A DNA stretch of 64,000 bases from Leucoraja erinacea (taxonomy: Eukaryota): assembly GCF_028641065.1 (NCBI RefSeq), contig NW_026576313.1, positions 1 to 64,000 of the forward strand, in the 5' to 3' direction. Both the position numbers and the translations under genes were made by a program. The stretch's first letter is position 1. Each line of letters opens with the position of its first letter. Of the stretch, positions 59,540 through 64,000 are shown one piece after another. Below the pieces are notes generated by a model. It made no database searches. It was not told where the DNA came from and was given only the letters and a program-made list of their open reading frames with translations.

Positions 59540-62190
59540 ATAGTGACTGAAGTATAATAGTAAGATGAGAGAAGAATAGAACCACCAGATGACCTTTGTG
59601 AGGGAGGGCACGTAGTCCCTCAACGTAACACCTCATAAAATAAAGATCAAACTTCAAACTGGTAGGTTCTCGTTCAATCTTACTATTTTACTTCGGAGTC
59701 ATGTAAGTGACTACGTGAAGATTTCAACGCTCTGTGATTTAATGCCGTGAGAAACAAGTCTACACAACCACAACTGCTCCATTGACAAATAAGGGAAAAC
59801 ATTCATAATGCATACAGTCATGACATCGATTTAAACCTGCTGATACTGTTAACTATAGTAATAATAATAGTCACATCTGTCATCCGGATGGAACCTATAA
59901 CAGAACGTCAAATAGAGTTGACAAATACCCCTGGTCTGGCAACGGGTTATTATAAAACGTTTGGAAATTCGTTCGTTCGACCATGCTGCAGCCGTTAGGA
60001 TGTGGTCCAGCGGAACGTAATTAACCCATGCTGCTACTGTTATAGCAGCCCTTGTGGCGTGAGATCTGGAATCAGTATCTACTCCTGCATAACTCAACTC
60101 CGTTTTAACACCTGGAAATGTCTGAACAGATACGTTGTTATAACGTTTCTTGTAACTATCAATCATAGTCTCGAAGGCTCTGGGTGACCTTGACGTGTTG
60201 TTGTATACGTGTGCCCTCACAAAACAAAAGGTCCCTGGGTATGCCTTGACCTATTTTGAGACCTGACACCCATACTGCTCTGCTTAAATAAATTTTAACA
60301 TAAAATACTATACATGTAAGCATCCTGTCCTGTCGCAATTATGTAGCGAGTGATCTGTTGCGCTAAACCAGCGTCAGGAGGAGAGCTACCCAATGAGATC
60401 CGGCCAAAGCTAAGAATGTAGCTGGAACCTCCTGGTGAAATAGTGTTAGCACAATGTCAACATCCCATACTGCATTGTACTTGTCCTGGGAAAACTTGTG
60501 TTAAAGATATCCTGTACTAACTCGATATCCGTGGTGAACCCAAATAAGTGGATCTCGTCTGCTGCAGGAAATCTGATGGAAAGCACCTTGACACAGTTAA
60601 TGACCCTATAACACAATATTGTCAAAGACCATTTAAAATGAACTCCAAGAGCTCAGAAATCTGCACCATTTTAAATGTAACATGAGCATTAAACAAACGC
60701 TTCCCATCTCCTGAACAAGCAAAGTACTGCTTTTTGCTACTATCCCAGCACTGTGAATACATACAAGAATAGGTGTGACAACCAAAGCCGTAGGCAGTCT
60801 ATTGAGAATCTGTAGAACATAAATTGATTTCATCATGCAACGGCTGATTTACCGAGCCACAGGCTGAACCTGCAAGTTACGTTTAAAATAACCATATAAG
60901 GTTGCATTATTATTATTCCCGACAAATCGGGAATCAAACTGCATAAGTCAATCACACAGTAGAAAATTAAAGCGGGCTCTTAATGACTGCATTTGAAGAC
61001 CCGACTGATGAAGTAAAATGGAGGAAGACATAAAAGACCACTCCTCCTGCTTGAAGCGAGAATGTATCTTTCGTCACTGTTATGCCACATATTTAGCAAG
61101 CTGTGAATTAGCATGAAAAGAGCATATCTATATTCGGTGTTGCATTGAATCAGAATTTCATAAATACGGTGTGGTCCAACACCCATTCTGTGTTGTCATC
61201 GATCTGTACTTGATGCTACTCCAGTGGCAAATGAGATTAAGTACCTATTACAGGGTTATTTTACTAGATTGCACCCACGTGATTATCATATGCCACCACC
61301 ATAGTGTATCAACAAGAAGTTGAGCATGCAGATATGAATATTCGCTCAATCACTCTTTAACCCATAACATGCACGTAGGGTCTATAGATAGTTGATACCA
61401 ATAACTGCAGAGTTAATAACTCATGCAAATCTCCTCCACCTCCAACTAGAGATGACATTCGCAATTTCCAACCTGAGGCCATTAGCATCATTTTGCAATA
61501 TAATTATATATTTATTGATCAAACTACTGGAGCAATGCTGAATACTGTTTGTCCGTCATAGTGACTTTAGTAGCTTCACCTGGTAATAGCAAAGGTGTAT
61601 TATCGATTATCTTCATGGCACTTTAGAGTTTGCTATTTAGCATGCTGTCAGTTCTCCCACTTGCACAGCTGCATCACATCTATTACATTGCCAATTAGTC
61701 TAATGAATAGAAAGCTGCTTGATAACAACAAGGCTGTTCCATATTTCTATAGACTCCAATCTGTTGCCCAGGGCGGAGTCACAGGCCAACTATCCATTTG
61801 ATAACAACTTAATTTTAACTGGATAGAGGAGAACAATTTCTCAATAGCTTGAGACTGAAACAGTGGATATTAGCCAAAGACAGCGTCAACATATAATCCA
61901 GACAATACATAACAAGTGTTTTTTGAACTCTGAGTAGTCCTTTGAATGATTTATTGTCATCATACTGTTAAATTGCCTCATCATAGCAATGCCTCCAAAT
62001 ATCTCTGATGATCACTATAAATGGAAACACCCTATGAAACCAGTTTAATCAGCCATCTTTCATATTGAACAGGCCACGCCTGTCATCATTTCGTGTCTGC
62101 CCTGAACGGCAACTCTGGCCCGGTTACCGATAAGTCTCACATGTCCCAAGCCAACTCTTGCCATAATTCTGACCCTGCCTTGAAATAGAT
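59540..62190 (-). mobile_element. Second, heavily decayed DIRS1-type element
   Basis: ICR homologue at 59609-59721; YR remnant SHATRAA..VPLDHILTAAAWS (59849..60220); right boundary approximate. Confidence 0.75.
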
Positions 62191-62195
62191 TAATT

Positions 62196-62400
62196 AAGCA
62201 GCCCTATTACAAGGCGCTGCTGGCGCGGCCTCTCCCATAGGCCGACACTGCCATAGACTCGGCATCCCCATTAAGCAGCCGTGTTACAAGGCGCTGCTGG
62301 CGCGGGCTCTTCCATATGCCCAGCACTGCCATACGCTCGGCATCCCCTTTAAACAGCCCTGTCCAAGGCGCAGCTGGCGCGGGCTTTCCCATAGTCACGC
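62196..62400 (+). repeat. 77-78 bp tandem repeat, about 2.6 copies
   Basis: AAGCAGCC..CAAGGCGCTGCTGGCGCGG unit starts at 62196, 62273 and 62351. Confidence 0.9.
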
Positions 62401-62489
62401 GCTGCCACAACTCTTGCTGTTGGAGTGTATCTAGATGGAGCCTCCTCTCCATTAGGGGCTCCATCCTGGCCAACCTCACAAATGTTCTC

Positions 62490-63090
62490 ATTACCGGAAG
62501 GGAACCCTCCCGGCACCAGGGCTGGCCATTTTGGTCGGTTTACCCCATTTCTTGGGAACCTCTGCGGTCTAGGCACCGCATTGCTGCTGGATTTCCCTTC
62601 CCCGGGAATCCAAACGTCCGTATGTATTACCGGAAGGGAGAAAAACCCTACCGGCACCAGGGCTGACCGTTGCGGTCCATTTAACCCCTATCCTGGGGTC
62701 CCCTGCGACCCTAGAGCTGCATTACTGCTGGATTTCCCCTTCCCGGGAACCCCAGCATCTACACCTATATTGGGTGTAAAACTCTCCCGATACCCGGTCT
62801 GCTGGCTGTCCCCTCCCCGGGAACACCAGCATCTATATTCATATTGGAGGGAAACCCTCCCGGCACCCGGTGTGCTGGCTGTCCCCTCCCCGGGAACCCC
62901 AGCATCTATATTCATATTGGGGGTAAAACCCTCCCGATACCCGGTGTGCTGGAGGTCCCCTCCCCGGGAACCCCAGCATCTATATTCATATTGGGGGTAA
63001 ACCCTTCCCGATACCCGGTCTGCTGGCTGTGCCCTCCCCGGGAACCCCAGCGTCTACATGCATATCGGACGGAAACCTTCCCGGCATCCG
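62490..63090 (+). repeat. 74-bp tandem repeat (about 5 copies) preceded by two longer (about 140 bp) related units
   Basis: CCGGGAACCCCAGCATCTATATTCATATTGG unit recurs at 62752, 62826, 62899, 62973 and 63047. Confidence 0.9.
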
Positions 63091-63329
63091 GAGCGCCTGA
63101 AAGTCACTGGCCACATTGTCAACGACCGACCTCGCGAAACCCGACATTCCCCAGCTATCCACTTCCGCGGCGAGAACCGGGGTTACCCCTCAGCCCATAG
63201 CTGGTTCCCCCGTCGGTCCTCGCGAATCATCCGGCAGGAAACCTCTGGAACAAAGAAACAAACCAGGTAAGAAATGCAAACTTACAGCAAAGACTGCAGA
63301 ATATATTTCTCGGCATTGTAATGCACCAG

Positions 63330-63790
63330 TGCCAGAGACAAAGTCCAGTGTGTACAATGGGGATGAGGTGAACCCTAGCATAAGGGAGGACTGTTCAGAA
63401 ACCTGATAGCATATGGGAGCAAACAGTTACTGAGTCTGGTGGTACACGTTTTGAAGCGTACGTACCTTCTGCTGGATGGAAGCAGGAAGAAGAAGGAATG
63501 ACCTGAGCGGGACGAATCTTTGATTATGTTGCCTGCTTTCCTGAACCTGTTGAAACACAGATGGAGTCAATGGTGGGGAATCATGTTTGTGTGATCGATT
63601 GTGCTACATCTCCACCTCTCTGCAATTTCTAGCGGTCTTGGGCAGAACTCTTTCCAAACGAAGTTGTGATGCAACCTGTCAGTATGCGTTCTATGGTACA
63701 TTTGTACAAGTTTGTAAGGGACATTGGAGACATGCCGCATTTTCTCAGTCTCCTGAGGCAGTTGAGGAACCAGAAGCTCTCAACCTTTTT
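63330..63790 (-). mobile_element. Rex1/Babar-like LINE 3' fragment
   Basis: LRRLRKCGMS..NLYKCTIERILTGCIT in ORF 63629..63916. Confidence 0.75.
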
Positions 63791-64000
63791 CCACGTCAGC
63801 ACCATTGAGCAAATATAAATAGTATATTTATGGGTTAAGCATTTGATATTCAACACCAGTAATACGTGGATGGATTGGATAATCTGATTTTTGGGCTGGC
63901 TTGAGGGAGAACCCATTAGTTTATTTATAGCCTGATCACCTTGAAATGAGACCCTGATTTAAGCTGGTTGATGGAGACCATGATGTATTCCCTCAGTAAT

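Overview
Eukaryotic, repeat-dense genomic DNA, most likely from a cartilaginous fish (skate/ray). That assignment is an inference from the CR1, V-SINE and Penelope repeat families and the receptor type. There are five N-gap blocks. The only host genes I can support are two GPR139-like 7TM receptor pseudogenes. One is reconstructed as exon 1 at 10764-10833 spliced in frame to exon 2 at 21529-22427; the other is an exon 2 at 58222-59070. Almost everything else I can assign is transposable-element derived. This includes a complete DIRS1-type tyrosine-recombinase retrotransposon (5894-10707) inserted between the receptor's candidate TATA box and its start codon. It also includes an EN/RT-less Tx1-type element, a permuted single-LTR Gypsy structure, several CR1, Rex1/Babar and L1 LINEs, a Tc1 transposon and a second decayed DIRS. 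A decayed Penelope element and many short Penelope-derived repeats carry a minimal hammerhead-ribozyme core. Four non-autonomous Helitron-type units carry internal satellite or low-complexity arrays. All calls come from reading the sequence and from family knowledge; no database search was run, and boundaries of decayed repeats are approximate.
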